From a bacterium (lineage in GTDB: Bacteria > Verrucomicrobiota > Kiritimatiellia > RFP12 > DVOR01), in NCBI GenBank assembly GCA_030535915.1, contig JAUNQZ010000001.1, positions 1 through 55,447 of the forward strand: a stretch of 55,447 bases of DNA, written 5' to 3'. Every line of letters starts with the position of its first letter. The first letter of the stretch is position 1. The notes under the pieces are model-generated. The model did no database searches and was not told the DNA's origin. It saw only the letters and a program-made list of their open reading frames with translations. The translations under genes were made by a program, and so were the position numbers. Shown here in pieces: positions 17,218 through 26,600 of this stretch.

Positions 17218-17253
17218 AAAATGGTCTTAGATCTTCTAAGACCATTTTATTTT
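17218..17253 (+). terminator. intrinsic terminator after PPIase 1
   Basis: aaaatggtcttaga-tct-tctaagaccatttt forms a 14-bp stem and is followed by a T-rich tail. Confidence 0.7.
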
Positions 17254-17418
17254 AATCTTCTAGAAAAAGGGTAAAACAAACGCAAAAAAACACCCGTTAA
17301 ATTAATCTTCTTTTATTTCAACAAATACACCATAAAATTATGCTTTTAGTTTAGCCCTTTAAAAATTTAATTAAATATTAATTATCAATAACTTATTCAA
17401 ATATTTCTTTTTTAAATA

Positions 17419-17447
17419 TTGCATTTACTTTTCATTTATGCTATTAT
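17419..17447 (+). promoter_or_regulatory. promoter of GH84 gene: TTGCAT-17-TGcTATTAT
   Basis: TTGCAT at 17419-17424, a 17-nt spacer, TATTAT at 17442-17447 preceded by TGc. It sits in a 314-bp AT-rich spacer. Confidence 0.5.
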
Positions 17448-17503
17448 AGCGTTTTCTTTAAGGTAGATAAGGCTACGCAAAGTTGAATAGAAAGGACTCA
17501 AAA

Positions 17504-19930
17504 ATGAAAAAGACGATACTTTGCTTAGGACTGGCTTTTTGTGGTGTGTTGCTGGCAGATGTGCTTCCTCAATCGATGCGCGTCTACCCTTTGCCACGTG
17601 AAGTTTCACTTCAGGGGAACACCATTTATTTAGCACCTAAGTCAATTCAAGTTGAAAATCCCTCAACCTTTGATGCTGATGCAATGCGTGAATTGAAGGC
17701 CGCCTATTCAATGACAGCACCTGCAACATTTGAATTAAAATGGTCTGTGAATAGTGAAATCCCTGCAGAAGGTTACCGCTTGAAGTTGACGGAGACTTAC
17801 GCAACAATTGAAGCTGCAGATGGTTCTGGGTTCTTCTACGCAGTGAAGACCCTCAAGCAACTGACCGCTTCAGGGAAATATCAAGCTGTCGAAATTTACG
17901 ACTACCCCGCTATTCCTTTCCGTGGCACGGTTGAAGGTTTCTATGGCCAGCCTTGGAGTTTTGAAGCTCGTAAGAGTCAGTTCCGCTTCTACGGCGACTG
18001 GAAGATGAACACCTACATCTATGGCCCGAAAGATGACCCTTATCATGGCTTCTCCAATCGTTGGCGTGACCCATACCCACAAGTTGAGGCTGAACGCCTC
18101 CGTGCGCTAGTCAAGGAAGCGACCGACAACAAGGTCAACTTTGTTTGGGCTGTCCATCCGGGCCGTGACATCCATTGGCGTGACGACTCTGATATCAAGG
18201 CTTGCGTTGCTAAATTTGAATATATGTACACCCTTGGTGTGCGTTCCTTTGCTGTCTTTTTTGACGACATCGGCGGCGAGGGCGCTCGTGCAGATAAGCA
18301 GGTTGAGCTCCTCAACTATGTCAACCGCAACTTTGTCCGAGTAAAACCCGATGTCCGTCCTTTAATCCTTTGCCCCACGCAATACAATAAAGCATGGTCG
18401 GGAGGGGATTATTTAGAGACGCTCGGTAAGGGTCTTGATTCCGATATTATGATTATGTGGACGGGCAACTCCGTATGTTGCGACATCACCAAAGAATCCA
18501 TGGAATGGATTAACAACAAGATTGGTCGTAAGGCCTACATTTGGTGGAACTGGCCTGTTGCAGACTATTGCCGTTCCGCACATCTCTTAATGGGACGCAC
18601 CTATGGTTTAGATGCTGAAAATGCGCCCCTCTACAGTGGCTTCGTCTCTAATCCGATGGATAAGCCTGAAGCCTCGAAAATTGGCCTCTTTGGTGTCGCA
18701 GATTACACTTGGAATCCAACTGGCTTTGATGCCGCTCGTTCAACGCAAGCATGGCAAGATGGAATCAAGCGCATCGCTCCCCATGTTGCAAAATCAATGC
18801 AAACATTTTGCAATCATAACTCTGACCAAGGCCCAAATGGTCATGGTTATCGTCGTGAGGAATCCGTTGCAATTAAGCCGAATGTTGACGCATTCACTGC
18901 TGCATTGAAGAAGAATGAAGCCCCTGCTTCAGACGACCTCAATCGTCTTTACGAAGAATTTGACGCCATTGAAACCGCAGGTGCAGAACTCCTCGCAAAA
19001 TGTGCCAACCCCTTGATGATTGAGGACTTGGATAATTGGTTAGAGGTCTTCCAGCGCTTCGGAACCACAGGTAAAGCCTTAATAGACTATTATCGTGGCA
19101 ACACGACAGCAGAAGAAGCCCTCGCGATTATGATGAAGATGCGTACCGAATCCGAAGCCGTCTCCAAAGCTCACGCGGCATTGCCATTCCAAAAGAATCC
19201 AACAGAAGTCGCCACGCTTGTTTTGACGCCTTTCGTTGAAACCATGGCAAAGGATATCTACAATCGTCTTTGGCAAGAAACAGCAGGCAAGTCTGCACCA
19301 AATGCATCGGCTAAGGTTTACGAATTCATCACAAATGTGGACACATTATCAAACCTTCAAGTCATTCGCGATGGCATTTATGTGAAACTTCCTAAGGTAC
19401 ACGAACCCAAGACCTTGCAACCTGGTGAATGGGTTGGCATCCGCTTGCCCTCGGGTGTCAATGCAACATGGGTTCACTTCGTTCTTGACAATGACGATGC
19501 CATTACCCAAGGTCGCGTTCAAGTGTCGACGACAGGAGGTATGACATGGACAGAACGCTCCATTGTGCGTCGTGGTACGGGTCGTGCTGGCGAAATGGAA
19601 GTCCGTCACATCAACCCCAAGGATGGTATCAATGCGGCACGCTACATTAACACATCTACACAACCTGTCACCATCACTTTGAATCTCTTCAAGGTTGATG
19701 TTCCTGCAGATGCAACCGCAAATGTTGTTGCAGCTGTTGTTGATGGTGATTTATACTCCTCTTACACCCTCGCACCAAATACTACATTAAATATACCATT
19801 GCAAGGTTCTGTAACAGAAACAAATACACGCGTGATTGCGGTGGGGCATTACACTACTGCTGTTACAGCAGATGGTCTTGCTATTATCGCTTCAGATGAA
19901 TCCGTTCGTATCTACGAAGTGATTCATTAA
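17504..19930 (+). CDS. secreted glycoside hydrolase family 84 beta-N-acetylglucosaminidase (O-GlcNAcase/NagJ-like) with C-terminal carbohydrate-binding-like domains
   Basis: IPFRGTVEGFYGQPWS, KMNTYIYGPKDDPYH and the catalytic Asp pair context SFAVFFDDIGGEG are present. ATG 17504 gives the signal peptide MKKTILCLGLAFCGVLLA. The track start at 17483 is a TTG. Confidence 0.88.
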   Translation: MKKTILCLGLAFCGVLLADVLPQSMRVYPLPREVSLQGNTIYLAPKSIQVENPSTFDADAMRELKAAYSMTAPATFELKWSVNSEIPAEGYRLKLTETYATIEAADGSGFFYAVKTLKQLTASGKYQAVEIYDYPAIPFRGTVEGFYGQPWSFEARKSQFRFYGDWKMNTYIYGPKDDPYHGFSNRWRDPYPQVEAERLRALVKEATDNKVNFVWAVHPGRDIHWRDDSDIKACVAKFEYMYTLGVRSFAVFFDDIGGEGARADKQVELLNYVNRNFVRVKPDVRPLILCPTQYNKAWSGGDYLETLGKGLDSDIMIMWTGNSVCCDITKESMEWINNKIGRKAYIWWNWPVADYCRSAHLLMGRTYGLDAENAPLYSGFVSNPMDKPEASKIGLFGVADYTWNPTGFDAARSTQAWQDGIKRIAPHVAKSMQTFCNHNSDQGPNGHGYRREESVAIKPNVDAFTAALKKNEAPASDDLNRLYEEFDAIETAGAELLAKCANPLMIEDLDNWLEVFQRFGTTGKALIDYYRGNTTAEEALAIMMKMRTESEAVSKAHAALPFQKNPTEVATLVLTPFVETMAKDIYNRLWQETAGKSAPNASAKVYEFITNVDTLSNLQVIRDGIYVKLPKVHEPKTLQPGEWVGIRLPSGVNATWVHFVLDNDDAITQGRVQVSTTGGMTWTERSIVRRGTGRAGEMEVRHINPKDGINAARYINTSTQPVTITLNLFKVDVPADATANVVAAVVDGDLYSSYTLAPNTTLNIPLQGSVTETNTRVIAVGHYTTAVTADGLAIIASDESVRIYEVIH

Positions 19931-19952
19931 GCCAAAACTCTATATCATAAAC

Positions 19953-19982
19953 AAAAAAGCCTAGGTTGACCTAGGCTTTTTT
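19953..19982 (+). terminator. intrinsic terminator after GH84
   Basis: aaaaaagcctagg-ttga-cctaggctttttt. Confidence 0.75.
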
Positions 19983-20089
19983 GTTACCCCAAAAACGATT
20001 CTTCAAAGTTCATCATTTTTTACTTTCTTCTCTTTATATAATATGGTAAAATATCGTCTATCAAAAATACGATGTATACAAGGAGTCCT

Positions 20090-21442
20090 ATGAGAGTATC
20101 TTCACTTATTAAAACATTGTTTTTTACAACCACGCTAATGGGCTTTACGCTTCCCTCGCAAGCTACAGAAACAAAGGCCTCCGAGCCCAAGATTGAAAGT
20201 AACATTGTTGCCATTCCTGAAGCCCCTAATGCGGAAGATATCATTGCGTCTGTTGGCGAACACACCTTTACTTGGGGTGAGCTCTGCAAAGATGTCAACA
20301 TGCTACTTGAAATGCTTGGGAACACCATCCCCGAAGACCAAAAAAGTAATCTCAAAGAAATTGCTCGCCAACGTATCGTTCAAACCTTTATCATCGATAG
20401 TTTAATCAAGATTGCTGCCAAGAAAGAAAAGGTAACCATTACTCCGGAAATGCGTGAAAACGCATTAAAGGAATTTGAGGCCGAGCAAGGCATTCCCTTT
20501 GATGTCGCCTTATCCCAACTTCCTCCTGCCGTTGCCAATCACAATCGCGAAAGCTTTGAATTGCGTTTACTCGAAATGGCATTATTAGATACCGTTGTCT
20601 TCAAAGATATCAAATTAGACGAAACAAAACTAAATGAAATGATGGCGGAAGTTGCCACTTATTGCAAAGAAATAACCGATAAGTTGGCGACCTATCACAC
20701 AGCCTTCAAAGAAAAAAAGATGACGATTGAAGAAGCCGCCTCCATCGATCCAGATTTCTTCCCCCCACAAATATATGTTGAATTCGATGAAAATGAATTC
20801 GCCCAGCTTCAATTTCCTCCTACCGTCCTTGAAGCTATCAAAGCGACACCCAAGGGTGAATTAACCGACATCCTTACAATTGAATCTGGCGCAGGGATGG
20901 ATGTTGTTTTACAAGGATTCTTTCTCATTATAACGAAACCCGATACAACCACCGCAGACAATGCTGACGCAAAAGCTTTAATGATGATTGAGGCTCTTAA
21001 GAAACAATTAGATGAAGGCGCCAATTTTGCGACACTTGCTAAAACACATTCTGCATGTCCCTCTGGAGCACACGCAGGTGGTGATTTAGGTGAATTCAGT
21101 CGTGGAATGATGGTAAAGCCCTTTGAAGACGCCGCATTCGCACAACCGATAGGTGAAGTTGGTCCTATCGTAAAAACAGACTTTGGATACCACATTATTA
21201 AAGTCACAGCACGCGATGAAGCTGCAGGTAAAGTTACTGCTTCCCACATCCTCATTCGTCCAATGGGACAGAACTACAAAGTCGTTCCTGTTATGGCGAT
21301 GTTGCCAGTACAACCCTCCCGAGAAGAATTGACAGAAATTCTCTTGGAAGAATTAAAAACCGAAGCTGCGGCTCAATATTTTGATACATTACGCAAAGAA
21401 CTCCCCATCAAGAGCACACTTTATCCCAACCTAGCAAAGTAA
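20090..21442 (+). CDS. secreted parvulin-type peptidyl-prolyl isomerase (SurA/PrsA-like), paralogue 2
   Basis: An aggag SD at 20081-20085 precedes ATG 20090, which gives the signal peptide MRVSSLIKTLFFTTTLMGFTLPSQA. The parvulin core is SACPSGAHAGGDLGEFSRGMMVKPFEDAAF...FGYHIIKV. Confidence 0.85.
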   Translation: MRVSSLIKTLFFTTTLMGFTLPSQATETKASEPKIESNIVAIPEAPNAEDIIASVGEHTFTWGELCKDVNMLLEMLGNTIPEDQKSNLKEIARQRIVQTFIIDSLIKIAAKKEKVTITPEMRENALKEFEAEQGIPFDVALSQLPPAVANHNRESFELRLLEMALLDTVVFKDIKLDETKLNEMMAEVATYCKEITDKLATYHTAFKEKKMTIEEAASIDPDFFPPQIYVEFDENEFAQLQFPPTVLEAIKATPKGELTDILTIESGAGMDVVLQGFFLIITKPDTTTADNADAKALMMIEALKKQLDEGANFATLAKTHSACPSGAHAGGDLGEFSRGMMVKPFEDAAFAQPIGEVGPIVKTDFGYHIIKVTARDEAAGKVTASHILIRPMGQNYKVVPVMAMLPVQPSREELTEILLEELKTEAAAQYFDTLRKELPIKSTLYPNLAK

Positions 21443-21489
21443 GCCTTGTTTCGGTAATCCCTTCGGCAACCCCTTAAAAAGGTCGTTGA

Positions 21490-23670
21490 ATGCTTCAAGC
21501 AAATGCATCTCCTAATCCCTCCCCCAATGTATGCCCGAATCCTTTGGTATCCATTGAGGTTGACGCATCTCACCCCACGACCTCGTCCGTTGTTACCTCC
21601 CACGATGACGAGGTCTGTACACCTCCATCTTCCACCCATCATCCCCTAAAAACATCCCGTAAAAAAAACTCTATCTTACATAGCATTCTCAAGCGCAACC
21701 TCTTCCCTTTGCCAATTGTACTTTTGGCATTCCCTACGCTTTCGATTCTCTTTTCGTCACTTGGCTTTCTCTTTCGTATTCCCATCACATTAGCATGGGT
21801 ACTCTCCGGTTTTTTATTTACCTCCCTCCTTGCATTAATTGGTGGAGAATCACTACAAAAAGGTCTCAAGCGCTTAGGGTGGTTAATACTTACCCTTTTC
21901 CTTGTCTTTCTCGTTGACCAAAGCTTTATATTTTTCTCATGGTGGGATACTCAAGCCTATCATATCCCCGCAACACAACTCCTCATTGATGGTTGGAATC
22001 CTGTCGTTGATAGCACCCATGAAGCACTCACAGCTTTCATTACCGACCACCACCTCAATTTTACTCCTAATACATTCAATATCTACCACACCTCCTACTT
22101 ACCACGTGCTGGTTGGATTTGGAATGCACTTTGCTGGACCTTCTCTGGCAATATTGAACTCGGCGATTCACTTATTCTTATCACTGCTATTGCGCTCGGT
22201 GGAATTGTTTGGCGATTAGCCCCCATCTTTTTTGGTCCCGGTCGTTGGAAGCGCCACCTCTTCACTTGGCTCATTTTACTCTCACCTGGGATTTATGTTG
22301 CCATCTTTTGTGGTGCACATGATGGTGCACTCTATGCGCTCTTACTCATCTTTGCCTTCGCAGCCTGTGCATATCGTAAAACCGGTGCAACAGAATGGCT
22401 CTCCTACCTTGTTCTTACGCCTATTATCGGGTGTAATTTAAAATTCACGGGGGTCATCAATTTTGGTGTCACCGCCATAATTTTTACCTTCCCCATCTTT
22501 TGGGCCTTCATCACAAAAAAACGCCGTCCCAAGAAATTCTGGAAATGGATGGCAGCTTGTTTCCTAGGTTTCTTTATTGCACTCCTTGTAGGTTTCTCCC
22601 CCTACCTCACCAATTGGTTCAATAAAGGAAGTCCCTTCTATCCTGAACACACCTTCTCAGACGACATTGAGACCCTAAAGATGACAGAAGATTTCAATCT
22701 TTGCAACAATGATGCAAAGATGCTCAACTACTTCTCTCGCACCACGCGTGCCTATCTCTCAAAATCCCTTACAGACAAATACTACCAACACCGAATTGAT
22801 ACCGATGACACCCTTCCTGATCATACCTTTGATCCAATTTTCCACCTTGACCAAGTCGATGGTCTCGGTGCAGGTTTCCGTGCCGTCATTATCTTAACAC
22901 TAATTATCCTTTGTGTAACGCGCCGGTGTACAACGCCATGGCTACTCATTTCGATTACGGCTACAAGCCTTCTTGTCCCCACAAAAATGGTCGGCTATGT
23001 ACGCTATGTACCCCAATTTTGGATTGTTCCCATGATTCTCGCGCTCAATGCCATTACAGCCAATACTTCGCGCTCCCCATGGATTGGTCGTATCCTTGGC
23101 ATCTTTATTACGACCACACTTCTCTCCTCCAGTGTGATTGTAGCCCTTGGCAAGGTCTTACTCTCCTTCTCAACTTCCGCCTATGCGCTATCCATGGTCG
23201 AGCAAATGCAAGACGACCCCAAGCCACGGCTCTATATTCTCTCCAGAGAAGATCGTTATAAAGAAGATGGTCGTTGTCTTGCAGCATGGCGTCAACTTCC
23301 ACCCGACATCCCTTCAACGCAACTCTTTAATGCCTACTATTACACAATGCTCCATCACATCGGGATTAAAAATCCCGATTGGCTCACCTATCAAGAAATG
23401 ATGGTTGCGCGCGAAGACATTGGTGCACCCTACTTCCCTATCAATGAGCATCTATGGTATTGGTGTATGCCACGCACTACTAATGATTTCAAACACGATC
23501 TCATCAACTTTGAAAACTTTTCTCACTGTGGTGTAAAGAAAGAATATCCCGTTACTCCACGACAATTCGGTCGAATGTCGATGACCATTCTACCGCAATT
23601 ACCACGCTATTTATGGGATATTACAGCCTTTCGCATTCAGCAAATGATTAATCACTATTCAAAACCTTAA
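21490..23670 (+). CDS. large polytopic membrane protein (GT-C / YfhO-like shape; function unknown)
   Basis: 726-aa ORF with at least 10 hydrophobic segments in two blocks separated by a soluble region. The first 70 aa are Pro/Ser-rich and there is no internal Met for >200 codons, so the start is uncertain. I recognised no catalytic motif. Confidence 0.55.
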   Translation: MLQANASPNPSPNVCPNPLVSIEVDASHPTTSSVVTSHDDEVCTPPSSTHHPLKTSRKKNSILHSILKRNLFPLPIVLLAFPTLSILFSSLGFLFRIPITLAWVLSGFLFTSLLALIGGESLQKGLKRLGWLILTLFLVFLVDQSFIFFSWWDTQAYHIPATQLLIDGWNPVVDSTHEALTAFITDHHLNFTPNTFNIYHTSYLPRAGWIWNALCWTFSGNIELGDSLILITAIALGGIVWRLAPIFFGPGRWKRHLFTWLILLSPGIYVAIFCGAHDGALYALLLIFAFAACAYRKTGATEWLSYLVLTPIIGCNLKFTGVINFGVTAIIFTFPIFWAFITKKRRPKKFWKWMAACFLGFFIALLVGFSPYLTNWFNKGSPFYPEHTFSDDIETLKMTEDFNLCNNDAKMLNYFSRTTRAYLSKSLTDKYYQHRIDTDDTLPDHTFDPIFHLDQVDGLGAGFRAVIILTLIILCVTRRCTTPWLLISITATSLLVPTKMVGYVRYVPQFWIVPMILALNAITANTSRSPWIGRILGIFITTTLLSSSVIVALGKVLLSFSTSAYALSMVEQMQDDPKPRLYILSREDRYKEDGRCLAAWRQLPPDIPSTQLFNAYYYTMLHHIGIKNPDWLTYQEMMVAREDIGAPYFPINEHLWYWCMPRTTNDFKHDLINFENFSHCGVKKEYPVTPRQFGRMSMTILPQLPRYLWDITAFRIQQMINHYSKP

Positions 23671-23686
23671 TCACACACGCCTTGCT

Positions 23687-26600
23687 ATGAAAATCTTTTA
23701 TGCTAAAAATCTCATGAACAAACAAAGCCTTTTGTATCTCTTAGCAGCTCTCATTTCAGGTTTTTTCCTCAGTGCTATATTTGATCCCTTCAATGAATTT
23801 GGCATCTTATGGGTTGCCCTTGTTCCTCTTTTGTTGGTCACACGTAAAGCCTCTCCACGTGCAGCCTTCTGGACAGGATGGCTCACAGGTATCATCGCTT
23901 GGGCCATTCAACTCCACTGGCTATCCAATCTAACCATCACCGGCGGATATCCCCCCGTTGTCTACCTTGGTAGTACCGCACTCATTCTCTATCTCGGCTT
24001 CTACATTGCAATCTTCGCCTATCTCTCAGCACGCTTACGCCAAACGCTCTTAAGCCCAACCGACATCCCCCTCAGTGGCAAACGCATTCTTATTGCATCC
24101 CTTCTTGAACCAGCCCTTTGGGTCGCCTTAGAAGCCCTCCGTTCCAACCTCTTCACAGGTTTCGCGTGGAATCCTCTCGGCCTTGCTTTCACCATGAATC
24201 TCCCCGTCTTCCAGCTCGCCACCATTGGAGGTGTTGGGTTGGTAAGTGCACTCATTGTAGCGCTCAATGAAGCCGTTACCACCCTTGTTGAACGCATCAC
24301 ATGGTCCTTCCATCGCAAACTCCCCGAACATTTCTCCGCACGATTACTCCTCTCTCTCGAGACTTGCCTTCCCTTCTTATGCTTCCTCGTAGCCTTTCTC
24401 TGGGGCGCACAACGCATCAAAGCCTACGATGCGCTTCTTCAAAAAGATGCCGAAATCCTCGACATCCTCCTCCAATCCTCCTATAATCCCACCCTCGCAA
24501 GCGAGAACTACTCCCCCGTAAATCTCCTTGAACGCGCCCCGCAAGATGCCGCCTACATCAATCTCCTCAAAGGTTCAGCCACTTTTGATCTTTGGTTAAC
24601 CCCAGAATCCTCTTTTGTTCACTACGATCTCTCCCATCTTGCAACCCCTCAACATGAGGTTACACATGTAGCACGCACTACATTACAAACCCTCGCACGG
24701 ACAACAGCTCCCATCTTACTCGGTGGCACTTATACCATCGCCAAGCCTCAACCCTCCTATTATAACGCCTCTTTACTCATCACCGACGATGCCTTTAACC
24801 CCCAACAGCATCTCTATCGTAAACGCCATCTCGTTCCCTTTGGCGAATATATCCCCTTTGATAAAATCTTCCCCTCTTTACAAACCCTCGTCCCAACAGG
24901 TATCAGCTGTAGCCCTGGCGATGACACCACCATAACCCTTCCCTCTGGACATCGCTTCGGTCCTCTCATTTGCTTTGATGATACTGATGCGAAACTCTCG
25001 CGCGACTCAGTCCTTTCCGGCGCACAATTTCTCGTGAATACTAGTAACGATGCCTGGTTCGTCTCACCCGAACCTAATGCCTCCCCCTCAATTGAACCCC
25101 TCGCACATCTCCGTCAAGCGATTGCTCGTTGTGTTGAAACCGGTGTTCCAATGATTCGCACCTCCAATGCTGGCGGTGCAGCTTATATTGACGCTGTGGG
25201 ACGTATTGCCTATGTTGACGACACCATTACGCAAATCAAAAATTACTCCCCCGCACGCCAAAAGCTCTCGATTATTTATGAAAATCAAGCCGAACGCAAC
25301 TATATCTACACATGCAAACTTCCCATTACCTCCACCCCCTTCGCCGTATCTTATCTCACCGCAGGCGAAACCATCTTCACGCTCCCCTGTCTCCTCTTTA
25401 CCCTCGGTTTCATCTTCTGGGGACTCATTAAGCGCTTTATCGTGAGACCCAATGCCCTCACTCTTCTCCTCTCCTCCATTCTCCTTCTTGTGTCAAATCT
25501 CCGTGCCACAACGATTGACCCAATGCTCGTCAATCACCAGATCCTTCCAACTGCAGCCATGGCGATAGATGACAACAACCTCACCATTGCAGAAGAAACC
25601 GCAGCCTTAATTCTCGACATTACCAACCTCGCCCCCGATCGTCGCGCCAAAGCAGAGGAAATCCTCATTCGCACGAGCCTAGAGAACGGACACTTTGACG
25701 ATGTCATTCAACGCGTCAATAATTGCCCAGAACTCGCCGCAGAACGTCGTTTTGTCTTTCTCATGCTCGCACATCTCGGTAAAAAAGAATTTGAAAAAGT
25801 CAATGCCCTCTACGAACAATCCACATCTATCTCCCCTTCCTCGCAGTGGGGACTCTCCGCTTTGCGTATCGCTCTGATTGCAGACTTAGCACTTGAAGAT
25901 AAAATTCGCGCCCAAGATCGCTTCAAACAAGTCAATGACAATGCCACATCCTATCCTGAAATTCAAGCCGCGAATGCCCTAGCTTGGCATCAAGCATTCC
26001 CTAGCCCTGCGGCACGTGAAGCACTCTTACAAGCCGCTCAAGAGGTCGCCCAAGGAGGACTCTTCCTCGAATGTGCCCTACAACTTCCCAATGCTTTTGA
26101 GAAAAATCCAGACACTCGTCTTCTTGCGCTCCTCAAAGAAACATACAAAGCCTCAAAAACGCCAACCGAAATCAAAGTAAAGCTCGCCTTCATCATCGCC
26201 CAAATCACCACCGATAACGATGAAAAAATCGCCTTCGCAAAAATTGCACTTGAGTCTTCAACCGATGACGATAAACGCAACGCACTCTTGCTCCTTGGCA
26301 ACACCTATCTCTCCCTCGAGAATCAACAAGAAAAAGGACTTCAAGCCCTTCAAGAAGCAATCCTTATAAATCCCTCCGCAAATGATGCACCTTACATTCA
26401 ATTAAAGGTTGCCGAAACCTATCTTGCAATGGGGGAAATCAATCTCGCCTTAAAAGCCTACGAAGCCTATCGCCAAAGTTACAATTGTTCCGATTTAGCA
26501 GTCCGCTATCTCCAAGGACACGGACGCGCCCTTTTACAACACAACGATCCCATCGATGCCGCCGAGACCTTTGCCAAAGCTATCGCCCTCATCACAGATG

